64,000 bases of DNA, taken from assembly GCF_000181795.1 (NCBI RefSeq), contig NW_003526944.1, positions 1,330,498-1,394,497 of the forward strand, read 5' to 3'. A program made the position numbers and the translations under genes. Below the pieces are notes generated by a model. That model was not told where the DNA came from and ran no database searches. It worked only from the letters and a program-made list of their open reading frames with translations. The stretch is from Trichinella spiralis. Taxonomy: Eukaryota. Every line of letters starts with the position of its first letter. Position 1 is the stretch's first letter. Shown piece by piece: positions 1-14,700 of the stretch.

Positions 1-1630
1 TTCGGTCGAATCCGCTTCAACGAATCGACCAAATTATTATTCACCGTCGACTTTTCTCGACCTTTCAGGCAATTCATCCATCCATCTTCATCGTCATTCT
101 TCTCTGGGTAAATATTTATTTGCAAAATTAACAAACCAACTTGGAAAAATCTTTTCACATGGTGGTGATATATATATATATATTTTTTACTTTTTGTCAA
201 AATTGATTCACCCATATAATTTGCTTATTAATATTTTTTTCTTCATTCATCATCCCATTGATATTCATTTCTCTTCTCGTACAAGTTGGCCATTTTGCCC
301 CAACAAAAAACCAAATATGAATTTTTTTTATTTTTTACAACATTGTGATTTATATTCGCATCATATTTTACAAGCATTTGTGTTTACAAGTACAATGCAA
401 CAATTTGAGGTTGTTCCTTTTCGGTTGGTTCAGTGAAGAAAGAAAATTTGTTGGATGGATGCTTTGATGTCAATCAACAACATTTTGAATGCAATATGCA
501 GTTAGTTTTATGTCAAGTTTGAAGAAAGATGCTAATTAATTAATAATATTTGCCTCAAATGTTTTCGTTTAATGTATATATATTATTCAGAATTATTAAT
601 GAATGATCTTTGACATTTTTGCAAACGATCAGATAAAGCAGAAGTTGGAAAATTTGAAAAAGAATAAGAAGAAGCAGTGCTTGATTTCAAATTTCTGACG
701 TAACAGTGGAACAATAAGATTGCAGACTACTGCAAACAAAAATCACATACATGCATGCCGTTTGCCCACTTTGGCGATGCTTTTCATCAAACGAGACTGC
801 TATATATTTATTTTTCATATTGTTTCTGAAATTCGAACTTTCTTCTTTGCAATTTCTTTGCTTCATTAATAATTATTCTTCAACATATCCAAATTTATTA
901 TTTGTTGATCATCTTGAACAAAACGTTTATTAATTTAATAATCGATTGATTTCTATGAACATTGAATTGGTGATTTTTGTTTCAGCATTTTTCTCAAAGA
1001 ATTAAAAATTGAAATAGAATATATATTTTTTTCGACCATTGTAATATTTAATTATAGACGACACAAAGTGGACAAATGCTGTTGGTAATTTAATAATTGT
1101 TCAGCTCGTTTGCGGCTGAATCACCTCTTGGTGACAGAGTGTGACAGCTATGGCGTATCGTGTTCAGTTTACCAAGGTGGCAGATGTTTCAACTTCAGCT
1201 TAAGGTGGTGTTTTCTGCGTAAGCAGCTTTATCAGTCGCTTTCAGCTAAACAACAGCTAGGCGACCTGTGACTGTATTATTATTCTTATTATTCATCATC
1301 GTTGCTTGAACTCCACTTAGCATCCGCTTTTCCTTACACCAAGGCCTGTTTTTTGTCCTTGCCCAAACTTGAACCATACAAATAATGGCTTTTGTGTGTT
1401 GTCCGATTTGCCGGACTGACCGTTGATTGTTGTCGACACACCTATTTACATCTTTCGTTTGTTCGTCACTTCAATCCCCAAAGACGTTGCTGCGGAAATA
1501 AAAGCGAACTGCTTACTGTACATCTTACTTTTTCTCTTCAAATTCTTTTCACCATTTCAAATTATTGGAAATATACACAAATTTCAATTTTAATATCTGT
1601 ACGTCAATACTATATTACTTATTGGTGGCC

Positions 1631-4600
1631 ATGTTGTTCAGCAAATTCATTTTCTCCATATCATTGATTTACTTGGCTGTGTCAATTCTTGGCGATGATT
1701 CATCTCTTCGGACAATTCGAAACAGTGAGCAATTTACATACATATACATGTATATGTTTTCAATATAATTAGCATATTTTGTTTCAAGATAATAATAATT
1801 TTCTGACTATATTTAATCAAATTTATTTTTTTTGTCACTTGTCAGATTTTTTCACTTTTTGTTGGACACTGTTTTACTGTTGAAAATATTTATATTACTG
1901 ATATTTGAAAATTTTAAAGTTTAACTGATGTCAAAAAAACGTGTTATAATGACCTTTTTGAACATTTCCATCTCTCTCTCTCTCTCTCTCTCTGTCTTTA
2001 ACCTTCTCCAGTGTACCTTCATTGTATTCATCACTGTCTTCATTCTGTTGCTTATCAACAATGTACAAGCACATATATACATATATTATTGACTTTGTTT
2101 GACTTTTGCTTAAAAATGAATTTTCATTTCATTTTAACCGATCAGTGATCGTTAGGGAATTTTTTTTCTTCTTAAACTGTCTCTACTTGCATATTTATTT
2201 CACGTATCGAAACTTATTATAGATTATTGTCAGTCGTAATTTCACAGTTCATATTATTTATGCAAATGTACAGTTTGACTTGTTTTATTTTAATGCTCAC
2301 TTTAAAAAAAACAAAAATAATTTTGCACAATGATAACGTCCATTAGATTTCTTTCTGATTTGGGCTATTTCGCTTCTAGATCAGCCATCACGGTCTCTTT
2401 TTAAAATTACTTCAGTCTCGGCAAAATTAACGAGCGATAAGCAACACCGTCAAACTGACGACAACACCAATTCGGCAGTTGTGCCAAAGCTTTTCGTTGG
2501 TTCTACCGCTGGTGTAGTTCCTCCTGGTGGAATTTGTTCTGACGATGAAGACTGTTCTGGATATCCGTTTGCTTTCTGTATGGGGAATTGCATGTGCAAA
2601 GATTTTGCCATCAATGCGGGATCCACTTGTTTAGAACCAGGCAATACGGCAGTGTCAATCAAACTTTTTGCCGGTGTTACTTTTTGCTATAATTTATTCA
2701 CTTTTTCAGGTTCAATGAATAAAGGAAATTGTGGTATTGGTCAAGTCTATGTATCAGAGGCGGGAATTTGCATGAACGGTACAGTGCCAGGATGTTCTCG
2801 ACGGTAGCTAGCTTATTATTTTGTTTAAATTTATTTGCATTTTAGTTGCCAGTCCAGGATCCCCATGCCAATATTCGCAGCAGTGTAGCGGTGCAGAAGT
2901 TGGTGCGTTTTGCATTAGTATGCGCTGCCGTTGTGTTTACGGTATGACGGAAACCAGTGATGGAAAATGCAGTGAGTTTGTTGTTGGATTTGCAATTTCA
3001 AAAACAAATATAATATTATTTTCAAAATTATGAATATTATCATTTCAGCATTTATAAATAGTAATTGTACCCATCGAGGAATGATTTGGATAGCAGAGTT
3101 GGGTGAATGCAAGCCTGTAATTGCACCCGGTGCTCGATCCTGCACCCATCGGCAGCAGTGTACTGCATCGTATCGAGATTCCCATTGTTTCATGACGCAG
3201 TGCAGTTGTCCACCAGAAAGACCGATCGCTGTTGATGGCACATGCGGTGAGCGATATTTTTCTTGGCTTGAATGAGAATTTATTATTTATTTATTTGAAA
3301 ATAAAATTAATTTTGTTTTGTCAATCGTTTCCTGAAGGAATATCCTGCTCATTGGGCCAGACGTATTCGGGTGTGTTGAATCGATGTGTACCAAGTAAAT
3401 TCGACAATTGTGAGTTGTGAAATTGTAGATGAACAACAATGTTAATTTTTAGCCGCACAGCCGGGTGATCGTTGTCAATATTCCAGTCAATGTCACGCTC
3501 TATTCCCAGGAACTATTTGCGACCGCAGCATATGTCGCTGCCCAAATGACTTTTATTGGACTGGTACTCATTGCACTGATAGCTGTCCTGACGGCTATCA
3601 GCCGAATCCTAAAACTGGAGTTTGCAAACCAGGTTCGTTCTATAAGCATCTTTTAAATCTTTCGTTTTATTTATTTATTTTTTCCATTGCAGGATGTAGA
3701 GAAGGACAGATTGATTATGAAGGTGAATGCTTGAACCAAGTGAGTCCAGATCATCCGTGCATCATAAGTGCGCAATGTACTGGTGGTTCTAGCTGCACAG
3801 ATGGTCGTTGCCAATGTCCACCTGGGAAATCCAGCATCCAGGGTGTTTGCACACGCGGTAAGTTGTCCAAAGTTAGATGATCAGTGGTTCCAAAAGTTGA
3901 ACTCAATGAACTCCTTACAGTTAATTGATGTGCAGGGAAAAGGAGGGAATACGGTAAGGGGACTTGGCATTTCAGACGGTTCTTAGCAATTTCAATTGAA
4001 ATTAAATAAACTTCAAAGAGTGGACATCTGAAAATGTCTTCGTGGATCTCCAGCAATATTTCCATGGACCCAACTTTTGGAACCACTGGTTTAGATACTG
4101 TACTTTTACTTTACTTTTTTCTCACTTGACTTAATTTGATTGAACTTGATTTTAAAACTGCCCGAGTGAATTTTTTCATCTAATATTTCTGTATTATTTG
4201 AATTGGTTTTATATGATACGATAATAATTTCAATAAGTACGAGGTTCAAGAAGATTTTTGAAAAGCACTATTCGATTGCAGGAAATATATTTTGAAGCAG
4301 TGTATCAGAATAATAAAGAATTATAAAATTGTACATTTGGAATGATATTTTATTTCAGCAAAATCACGACCTGGTGGTTCTTGTGAACACGGCGAAGAAT
4401 GTACTGATGGATCTTATTGTTTAAAAAATCGTTGCGTTTGCCCAAAAGGTTTTGTGTTGCATAATCAGCGCTGTACAACTCCTTTATTAGGTTATTATTA
4501 AAATCAAGTGTTCAATTGCAATTGTCGATCTTTTACGGTATTATTTTTATGTACAGTTCCTCCTGAATCAGCGTGTGGACCTGATGTGGCTTGTGGAGGA

Positions 4601-7600
4601 GGCAGTTTTTGTGTGAACAATATTTGTACCTGTCCGAATGGTTATATTGTTATCAATCAGCAGTGTCAGTTGCCTGATGCAGGTTTGTATTGTCCATCTT
4701 TTGCATCCAACTTGTGAATTTTTTCATACGACTACTATATTTGTTAATTTCAGTGCCACCTGGGTCGAAATGCACGGAAACTGATCACTGTTCAGGTGGT
4801 TCATTTTGTTTGTATGGAATTTGCCGTTGTCCAACTGGTATGGTGATTGTCAATCAAAGATGCCAAATACCAATTGAAGGTATTCTATTGTATATGTTGT
4901 TCTATTTGCATTTTCCAAGTAAACTGATACTGTTGATAAATAATTTCATTTTAATTCTATTCTAGTCATGCCTGGCCACACCTGCCGCGTAGGCATTGAT
5001 ATTTGCATTGGAAGATCCTACTGTATCGAAGGGACATGTCGTTGTCCAGAAGGAATGGTAATAGAACGTGGCGTCTGTCGATCCCCGTCAATAGGTTCCA
5101 TCTTCATTATAAATTATACTATTGTACTATCGAATTGCTCATACTTTTGATATTCCATTTAAGTGTTACCAGGCTTCAAGTGCGATTCAATGACACACTG
5201 CGGTGGTGGTTCTGTGTGCGTGGACGGTGTATGCACATGCCCGAAAGGAATGACTATTATTAATCAACGATGTGAAATGGCTAAAACGGGTATTTAGTTT
5301 ACTTATTTACTCATAATTATTTGATTTAAAAAAAAATTTTTTTTAGCTCCGCCTAATTATTCATGTCGAAATCAAGAAATCTGCACCGGAGGATCATCAT
5401 GCGTTCGTGGCGTCTGCATTTGTCCGAAGGGTCAAATTCCAGTTGGTGATATCTGCAAAGGAAGTCCAGGTTGGTGGAAACTTTTTTCAAAAATTGCTGA
5501 AATTGTTTCAAAAGGTACAATTTTTGTCAGATCAACAATCTAAGCAGCGATGTGTCACAGACGATCAGTGTGTAAAAGGCTTCAGTTGTGTATCTTCACG
5601 TTGCGTATGCGCTGGAATGCTTCTTCCAAATGGTGTTTGCAAAACAAGTCGATTAGGTATGCATTATTTATTGGCAACAAACAGTTTTTTGTATTGTATT
5701 GTATTTAGCTTCTTTGGGTTCCAAGTGTGTTGCTGGTCTTGACGTTTGCACTGGTGGTTCCAGTTGTATTGGAGGAACTTGCACTTGCCCTTCTGGCACA
5801 ATTGCGATTGATGGACGTTGTCGCATCCGTAAAAGAGGTATTTTTACTTTTATTGATCCTATTTTTTTTAAATCGGTTTCAAATTTTACCTAAGAAGTTA
5901 TCATATATTTGTTGTTTTCAATTTTTCTGCTATTTAATTCTTCCATGGGGCATTTTATTCAATACACACACGATAGCAATTTTCAACCGAGGAGCGACCA
6001 TTGTCTAATTATTTTTGCTTTTATTTGGAAATTTAATATATATAAACAGAAATGCTAACTGAACATCTCGTCGTCGATGCTTGTTACAGTGAAAGTGTAT
6101 TTTCCTTGTGGAAAGTTAAAAATGTTTGTCAATTTCATATTTCTCTTTACGCAGTACCGCAAAATTTTACCTGCTTTCAAAACATTGATTGTACTGGTGG
6201 AGCGTTTTGTCAAAATGGTGTCTGCGTTTGCCCAGGGCAAACTCTGCTGATTGATGAAATTTGCCAGTCTGTTATGCTTTTTCCACCTTCCGCAGTGGTA
6301 CCAGACCCCAAACGATCAATAATTTTAACATCATCGGTAGATGTTGACAGTATGCAAGGATATGTTATTGATAATTAAACACGAAATGCAGCTCTCATCA
6401 CTTTTCAGCTTCAGCTGTTCAGCCGACAGCTAGACTTTTGGAATCCTGTACGTCAGGTCAACTGTGCATAAACAATTCAACGTGTTTGAATGGTACATGT
6501 CAGTGTCCAGTTGGCTATTACGCAGCTCATTCAGTCTGCAGACGGAAAATTTTGGGTATCTACTTGAGCATGTTTTACTGAAGCACTTTGTGCCTGAAGC
6601 ACATTTGCATCCAATGCGGACATCACTGACAAACAGGAAATATGTATGCACTGGAGCACTATTTTTGCATGCAACGATTCAGCTTTTTTTCACGCGATCA
6701 AAATCAGCACTTGCAATAATATTATCTTTATATTGATTTTTATTCCATATTAATTATATACATGTTATTTATAATTATCATATTGAGTAATATGTTGATA
6801 AATATTGTTTCAGTTCTACCAGGTGATCCTTGTGATGGAGCAACTCTCTGTGGACACGATTCCAAATGTGTCGATGGTCGTTGTGTTTGTCATGATGGTT
6901 TCGAAATAGTGAATCGTCGATGTCGAAAGACAGAGAAAAAGAAGTCCGGTACGTTCATTCAGAATTCATTCACTGGTGTGAAAATATCTCCAAATTTGTA
7001 CATTACAGCATTGCCTGGCGAACGCTGCGACAGAAATACAGTTTGCACAGGTGGCGCATTTTGTGAACAAGGCAAGTGTACTTGTAGCCCAGGCTTCGAA
7101 GTTCATGAAGGGATATGCAAGTGGAAACCTATTCAACCAGCTACAGGTAAATTGCACAACATTTAAAACAGTTCAACGAAAGCATACCTTGTTATCATCA
7201 TTAGTGGCCTATCCGGGCCAGAGATGCGTTGAAGGGGTGACTAAGTGTTTGAATGACTCGACTTGCTTGCTCGGCACATGCACTTGTCCACCGGGATTTG
7301 TATTACACGACAAGTATTGCAAATTAACAGCAGCACCTTTGCTCGATTGGGGTAACGCTGCCTTTTTTGAATGATTGTCTAATAATCAAAATTCAGTGAA
7401 TATTTTAATTTTTTTTCAACGACTAGCAATGCCTGGACAGCCTTGCAACAGTCAGACACAATGCCGTGGTGATTCCACTTGCATTGGCGGTCTTTGTACG
7501 TGCCCTGTAAATCAAGTTATCATTAACAATGAATGCACGTTTGCAAAAGTTACCGGTAATAATAATCGTTTTTTAAAGTTTCATAAAGTTTTTGTTTGCT

Positions 7601-9203
7601 AAAAATTTTAGATCCTAATTGTTTGTATGCTTTTTTAAAATAAGTTTCTCTCTGAGCGGTCTTATCTTTTGAATGCATTTTAACAACTGATCATCTGCTT
7701 GGTGTTGTTTGTGATATTTTTTATTCATGTTAATTAGGCACAAGTAGTAGCAGTGACGTCGGAAAATTTATTATTCCTTGACAATTTATGCTTGTATATT
7801 TTTTACAAATAATGTAGTGAAATTTGCAGTTTCTCCCGGCTTTTCCTGTGATGCAAACAGCATATGCACAGGTGGTTCAACTTGCATTGGAGGAATTTGT
7901 CAGTGTCCAACAGGAGAAAGCATTGAAGGTTATAGGTGTGTTACGCGAATATCTGTTGGTAAGATTTGGTTAGTTTTTTGTTGTTTGTCTGCGTATTGTT
8001 GTTACAACTGTGTGCATGCTCTTTAGTGTAAAATGTGTATTATGATTTTTGCGTGTGAGCACACTTTATATTTTTTAAAAATATTTTCAAATAAGTATGT
8101 AAAATTGTTCTTATTATTTAAGGTGGGATTTCTGTGAAAATTCGGGGAAATTTGAAAACAATTTTAATAAAACACTTTCAGCAATTAGTTCACCTCCTGG
8201 TTCCTATTGTCGTCCTGACATTGGCGTTTGTACCGGCGGAAGTTATTGTCGTAATAATGTCTGTGTATGTCCGCAAGAAAAAATAGCAATTGCAAATCAG
8301 TGTGTTTCATCAAAGGAACAAAGTAATCGAAATTTTGCTATCATAGAGGAGGAATTTATTAAATTAGCATACACAAGTTATAAATTCAGCAACATCTAGC
8401 AACATAAATCTAGCAAGCATTATTTCTAAAAGTATCTATATAAGTTCAGTTTAAATTTCTAAAAGTAACTCAACATTTGTAAGGTTTCAATTGCTAGAGA
8501 TATGTTCGCTTGTTTGTTTCATTGCATCTTTTCAAAATGAAGAGAAGTTTTCTTTTGTTGGTTTTTCGGGTTTCTGGTTTATCATCATAAAAATAAAAAT
8601 ATTTGCTGTAGTAGCATTGCCAGTGTTAGGCATGAAAACTGAGCAATGTGGAAAAGAATTACCATGTCGAACAGGCATGATTTGTGTGGATGGCATGTGT
8701 CGTTGCAAACCTGGTTCAACTTTCGACCCTGCAACTGCAATATGTATATATTCTTCAACTCAGAATAATGATTACCCAAGATCATCTCAACCAGGTGAAT
8801 ATATCAGTTTAACAAGTTTTATAATTCTGTCCCTGAACTTTTGATTTCTATTGTAACAAATTATCTTCTTTTTTGCTCTCCAGTGACACCAGGGAAATCT
8901 TGCATTAGCAGCAAGTTCCAATATTGCGTGGGTGGTGCTATTTGTGAAAATGGTTATTGCCTTTGTCCACAGGGAACAGTGCATGTATCTGACCAATGCC
9001 AGTCACTTCGAAGCTTATTCAGTAATAATAATGCTCAGCGTGAGAAACGTGAAGTGAAACTTGGTGCTCAATGTGCCGCAACTATCCATTGCAACAGAGG
9101 GGCAATCTGCGTACGTGGCATATGCACGTGTCCACAGCATTGGAAATTCGTTGACAATTATTGTGTTCCACTTATTTATACATCAGCACAGTCCATGATG
9201 TAA
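1631..9203 (+). CDS. Secreted cysteine-rich protein with many EB modules (multi-exon); possibly the 5' part of one gene with the deacetylase domain downstream
   Basis: ATG 1631 starts a signal peptide (MLFSKFIFSISLIYLAVSILG). About 20 short exons each encode PGxxC..C.GGS.C..G.C.CP.G....C units, mostly with phase-1 introns. The frame of exon 8884 ends at TAA 9203; I could not resolve a splice from it to 9581. Confidence 0.85.
1971..1993. repeat. (TC)n microsatellite, intronic
   Basis: Direct reading. Confidence 0.9.
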
Positions 9204-9580
9204 AAATCACCTGTACCGAATGAACTGTGTAAGAAGACGATTCATCTTTTTTCCAATATGTATTTTTTTTATAATTTATACGAATTGTAAGTTTCAGGGA
9301 AGCAAGAAGAACGCATCTGTTGAAGCAGTTTTCTTGTTTTCAGGCTTATTTTATTCAAAGAAGGATTTTTTAAAAAATGTTTACAAAAAATAGTTTTGCA
9401 ACATCAGCATAGAAGAGAGTGATCAGTATTATTTTTGTGATTTGCATCTATACTACCACTACATTTGCACCGTCACTAAATTGCACGTCTTGCGTGAAAT
9501 GCTCACCTCTCACTCAGAAACAGCATGTTGAAATGTTTGTTCAATTGACTGCAGCGAACGGATTAAATGTTGTACTTGCA

Positions 9581-11133
9581 GTTATGCCTGGTGAAAGCTG
9601 CAAAAATGGTGAAATTTGCAGCGGTGGTTCTGCATGCAGTGATGATAGATGTGTTTGCCCTGAAGGATCGGAATTGAAAAATTACGTTTGCTCAAGTAAA
9701 TTTTTGTCCAAGTAAGGTTCGTTTTGCAATGTGTAATAATTTTTATTAAATATTTCAGAATTGGCGGATCGTTTTGCTGGTCCATGTCCAGCTGAAAATC
9801 GAATGACGTCGAAATGTCAGCTGCCAAATTGTTTTTGCAGTCGTAGTGGCTTTGCAATACCGAATCGGATTCCCGCTTTTGACACACCACAGATGGTTAT
9901 TTTGACATTCGATGATCCAATTAATGAAGTTACGTTCGACTTGTACAGACAATTATTTGACGGTCGATTCAGAAATCCCAACGGTTGTCCAATCAAAGCG
10001 ACCTTTTTTGTCTCACATGAATATAATAATTATCACCAAACTCAGTGGATGTATTGGAAAGGTCATGAAATAGCCGTCAATTCTATAACGTGAGTAAATC
10101 TTGTGTTTATGAATGTTGTTGTATTAATTTAATAATATTTATTCCAAGTATAGTAGTAGTATATGTTGTTAAGGCATGAAACTTTGAGCGATAGTTCAGT
10201 TGAAGATTGGATTGCAGAGATGGCCGGTTTGAGAAAATTGCTTCAACAATTAGCTGCAGTCAATGTGAGCACTGTTCAAGGCATTCGTGCACCACAGCTG
10301 TCCGTCGGGGGCAATGCCCAATTTACTATGATGCAATCGCAAGGTTTTCTGTACGACAATTCAATGTCAGTCAATCCTGGCAAAGACGGCCCGGCATACT
10401 GGCCGCAGACACTGGACTACAGATTGTCGTGGCATTGTGAAGCGGCAGTATGTCCAGATGAATCATTTCCAGGAATTTGGGCTGTGCCAATAAATCAATT
10501 TTATGGAAATTACATCAACGATATCAATCAGTACATGCGGGGGGCGATGGTACGCGCGGTCATGACACGCACCAGTACTCCTGAAACGGTTTTGCGATTG
10601 TTGTTGGATAATTTCAATCGACATTATCGTACAAATAGAGCGCCGTTTGTTCTTACACTTAATGCAGATTTTTTGCGCGTACTGCCCGGTGATGGCGGCT
10701 ACAAAGCTTTGGAAAGATTTTTGGCCAAGGTAAAAAAATTGCCAGTTGATCAGTCATTCGTTTTTTTATAAAAAACAGAATACTTGAAGTTGAGTACACG
10801 ACCTGACGTTTGGGTAATAACGATGGACAAACTGATATCTTGGATGAGGATGCCAACACCGTTGTCGAAAATAAAACAATTTGCACCGTGGCAATGTGAT
10901 GATTCTACACGAGAACAAGCACGACCGTGTCAGGTGAATTATAATTTTACAAAACATTGTTATAAAGTTGTATTGTTTTTGTAACAATTGTTTCTGATTA
11001 TCCATTTTTTCAGGTACCTCGCGTATGTTCATTCGAAACCGCTGAACCGGATATAGGCAATCGATGGATTAGCACGTGCGCCGCTTGTCCTTTGGAATAT
11101 CCTTGGGCAAAAAGAGGTGATCATCGGTCATAA
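9581..11133 (+). CDS. EB module plus chitin/polysaccharide deacetylase (CE4, NodB-like) domain, similar to C. elegans lgx-1 type proteins
   Basis: CQLPNCFCS..G, PQMVILTFDD, RNPNGCPIKATFFVSHEY, GIRAP, YDNS, WPQTLD, NRAPF and terminal CPLEYPW match metazoan chitin deacetylases. Exons are about 9581-9712, 9759-10089, 10174-10729, 10790-10933 and 11014-11133 (TAA). Confidence 0.9.
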
Positions 11134-11719
11134 ATAATGCATGCTGTATTGTTGTGCAGAATTCATTACTTGAAGCTATTCCAAAGCGTCGGCTGTTAGA
11201 ATTTATTTCAATTACATTTCTGTCTGTCGGTATATTTCATTGTCATTTAGAAAAATTGTCGAATAATCTACGAATAATTTCTTTCTTATTCTTGCACTTT
11301 TGCAACAGTTGTTTTACTCTCACGCAGTTTCAATGGTCATTTAGAACAAATGCGGCATTTCATTTTGTCTTAGGAAAAATTTCCAAACAGACGATTCGCT
11401 TTTGTTAGAATTTGTCTTATAAATTTCATCGCTTTATTGTAATTATGATTTATTTGAATGGTGTCCTAAAATTCTATTAAAGAAACATCATGTGATGATG
11501 TGCTCAAATTCAATTTTTGTCGATTGTTAGTTAATTTGAAATTGTTTTCTTTTATTTATAGCGTAAATATTGCAAAAATCACGTTTCTTTTATAAAACGA
11601 TTTTGCGGCCGCAGATTACGTGAAAACGGACGAAAAAAAAGAACAAAATTTAGCACATTTTCGAAAGCGAATATTTATCTTATCGGATGAATGAAAAATT
11701 TTCTAATTTGAATTACAGA

Positions 11720-14700
11720 TCCCAGAGTGGAAAATGAAACTGGCTTTATGAACTCGTAAGATTTGTTTCGTCGGATAAACAAATTTACATATGCTGTTGC
11801 GATGAATGGAATTCGCGTTCGACTTTCTTTGACCCAAAGCTGTGGTCCTGGTGGGTAAATATTTATTCCAAATTCACCGTTTGAGCAAACTTTGAAACAG
11901 GAACCGCGACTATAAAAATCTTTGCAGATGATGAAAATTCCACTTCCTCTGACAGGTTGAACGTAAGAAATCGGAAGTGAAAATTGCTCTAACCAATATG
12001 AAAATATTAATTTGCTTATTTTTGCGATTATGGGTAGATATTGAATTTGTTTCTGGTGTGAATAATTTTTACAACGATGAAATAGCTTCGAACGTACCAC
12101 AGCTCAACGTTCGCTATTATCAATCAGGGGATCCTTGCAACATTATTACAGATAGACATTTGATGGTCAATCCAAACATTCAGACCGCATATATGCAATG
12201 CGTGCCATCAAGCCACGGGTAATTTTTGATTTATTTTTTTACATTTTCCACATGCTTGCTTTATTTATTTCGAAGCACCGTGTATTTTATAGGTTGAATG
12301 GACGCTGGCAAGCAATGCCTTGCCCGCCTGGTCAAACGTTTCAGTTTGGAAAGCAACGTTGTGATTTCGACTTTGCACAAGTTGCCGTAAGAGCGGATGA
12401 TGGCGGTGTTCCAGCATTGCCAAGCGTGCTCAGTTCAGCAGTGGGCATGTTTTCTTAGTTTTTTTCTTTTTAAAATTATTTTTCAGAATTTTTGGTACCT
12501 TGGCAAGTGAATAAGTTGTCGTTTTTTTTGCAGCTTTTGTTGGTCAACCGTGCGATGGTAAATACTGCTTCGGCGGGTCTGAATGCCATTCTGAAAAAGG
12601 CATTTGCACATGTCCCAAAGGGACCGTACTGTCTGCAAATTCTCAATTTTGTCACAGCGAAACTGCTGCAGTTCATCTGGAAAATGAAGAAATATTCACT
12701 GGAACCAAAAATTTTACACTGCAAGGTTTCGCATTTTATACTTTAAAAAAATAAATATTTTTTACTGCAAAAAAATTATTTTTTAGCATCACCGGGTAGT
12801 AGCTGCGAGCACGGAGAAATTTGTTCCGGTGGTTCAAAATGTGATCCTGCACGTTTCGTATGCACATGCGATGATGGAACTGTGGATCACGATGGCCGAT
12901 GTGTAAATATTATCTCGGATGATCCGCCCGCGTCACCTAAATTATTAAAAAAATCGCTTGGTGATCGATGTGAAGCGACAAACCCATTGCACTCTTGTCC
13001 ACCAGGTGCCTCTTGCGTTTCCGGTATATGCGCTTGCATTTCACCTATGATTCAAGATGGTGATCACTGCAGACCATTGCGCGCATCTGTTCATCAAAAA
13101 GCGAGTAAGTAGCAAGAGCTATTTATTATAAGCATAATTGTTTCATTGCATTAAAAAAAACCCCTAAATTACATTATGCCAAGTATAAAGTTCATTTACT
13201 TAAACGACGTATTTATTGCACAATATATTGAAATAATAATTTTGAGTTGTTTTGTCAAATGGAATGGAATATGGAGTGTTATTGCTCATTTTTATGAATT
13301 TTTGATTTTATATTTATTAAACATAATGGATGGACTGTTGTGAATATCCATGTTTACTTTTCCATGTTTTATGACCTGGACAATTGTGTGACCAAGGCCA
13401 GCTGTGTCAAGGTGGCTCCGTTTGCAGTAGTGTGACGCTTCGATGCGCTTGTCCTCTGGGTACCAAGGAAGCTGATGATCACTGTGTAGATATTTCTTCG
13501 CACAAAAGTACCAGTTTAAATTATTGAAGAAAAACAATGTGAATAATATGAATTTTATTTATTTATTTATTTGTTTTGCATTTCAGATATTTTGGCATCA
13601 GTGGGTGAGCACTGTGAAGCAAATACTGATTGTATACATGGTGCGTATTGTCATACTGGGTCAGGAAAGCCGCACTGTGAATGCTTGTCTACTCATGTAG
13701 AATTAGATCGTTCCTGTCTGCGAGGTGAGAAAAGTGTCAATTGTAAAATTGAAATCTACTCAAAGACTTACTTTCAGTAATTTATCCTGGCCAACACGGT
13801 TGTTCATCGGATAAACAATGCTCAGCAGTGTACAACGGTGCTTCTTGTAAACGAGGACGTTGCGTATGTCCTGAAGGAACAGGCGCCGTATCACAAACTT
13901 GTTCAAAAGATGTGCACAGTGTTCCAGAGCATACGTTACCTGAAGCCACAACTACAGAACTTCCATCCGTTTCAGAAGCACCTGTTTACAGCGCAAGTTC
14001 TCCTGGTGGCACTTGTACAGACAGTGCCCAATGTTTGGGCGGATCAAAATGTTACATGAATATATGCGTCTGTCCAGAGCAAAATATGCACGCTGTGAAC
14101 GGGATTTGTATCTACAAAACACCCCCTGTTGTGCAATCATTCGTGACAGCAGGAAGCCGATGCAGTGGGAATCAGATTTGCGCTGGTGGTTCCACTTGCA
14201 GGAACGGTATTTGCATTTGTGGACATGGTACAGTTCAACAAGGCAACAAATGCATTAAAACTTTTATGACAGGTATGTGTTCAATTTATACAGTACAAGA
14301 ATTTTTTTTGGTTTTTCAACACTAACTTGCTTGATTGAAAAAAAAATTAAAAATATCAATATGCAGCGCGTATTATGTTATGTTATGTTATGTCATGTTA
14401 TGCTATGCTATGTTGTGTTTGTTCTGTTGTTCATTGCGCTTAAAATTTCAAGTTATTATAAAATTTGTTTGTGTATTTTTGTTTGTGAAATGCCGCATGT
14501 GTTGGTTTGCTTCAGGTATACAGTTGCCAACGCTGTTAAAGTATTGTATCAGTGACAATATGTGCAAAGGCAATTCAATTTGCATAAATACAAGATGTGC
14601 CTGTCCGAATGGAATGCGTTTTGTGAATGGTCAATGCGTTCCAGGAAGAAATTATGTGTTTTCTCCTCAGCAGAATACTTTTCCTGCTTTTGTGTCGTGC

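Noticed and set aside
194..933. Short AT-rich ORFs at the window start
   Set aside because: Low-complexity F/I/L/N-rich translations typical of non-coding AT-rich DNA.
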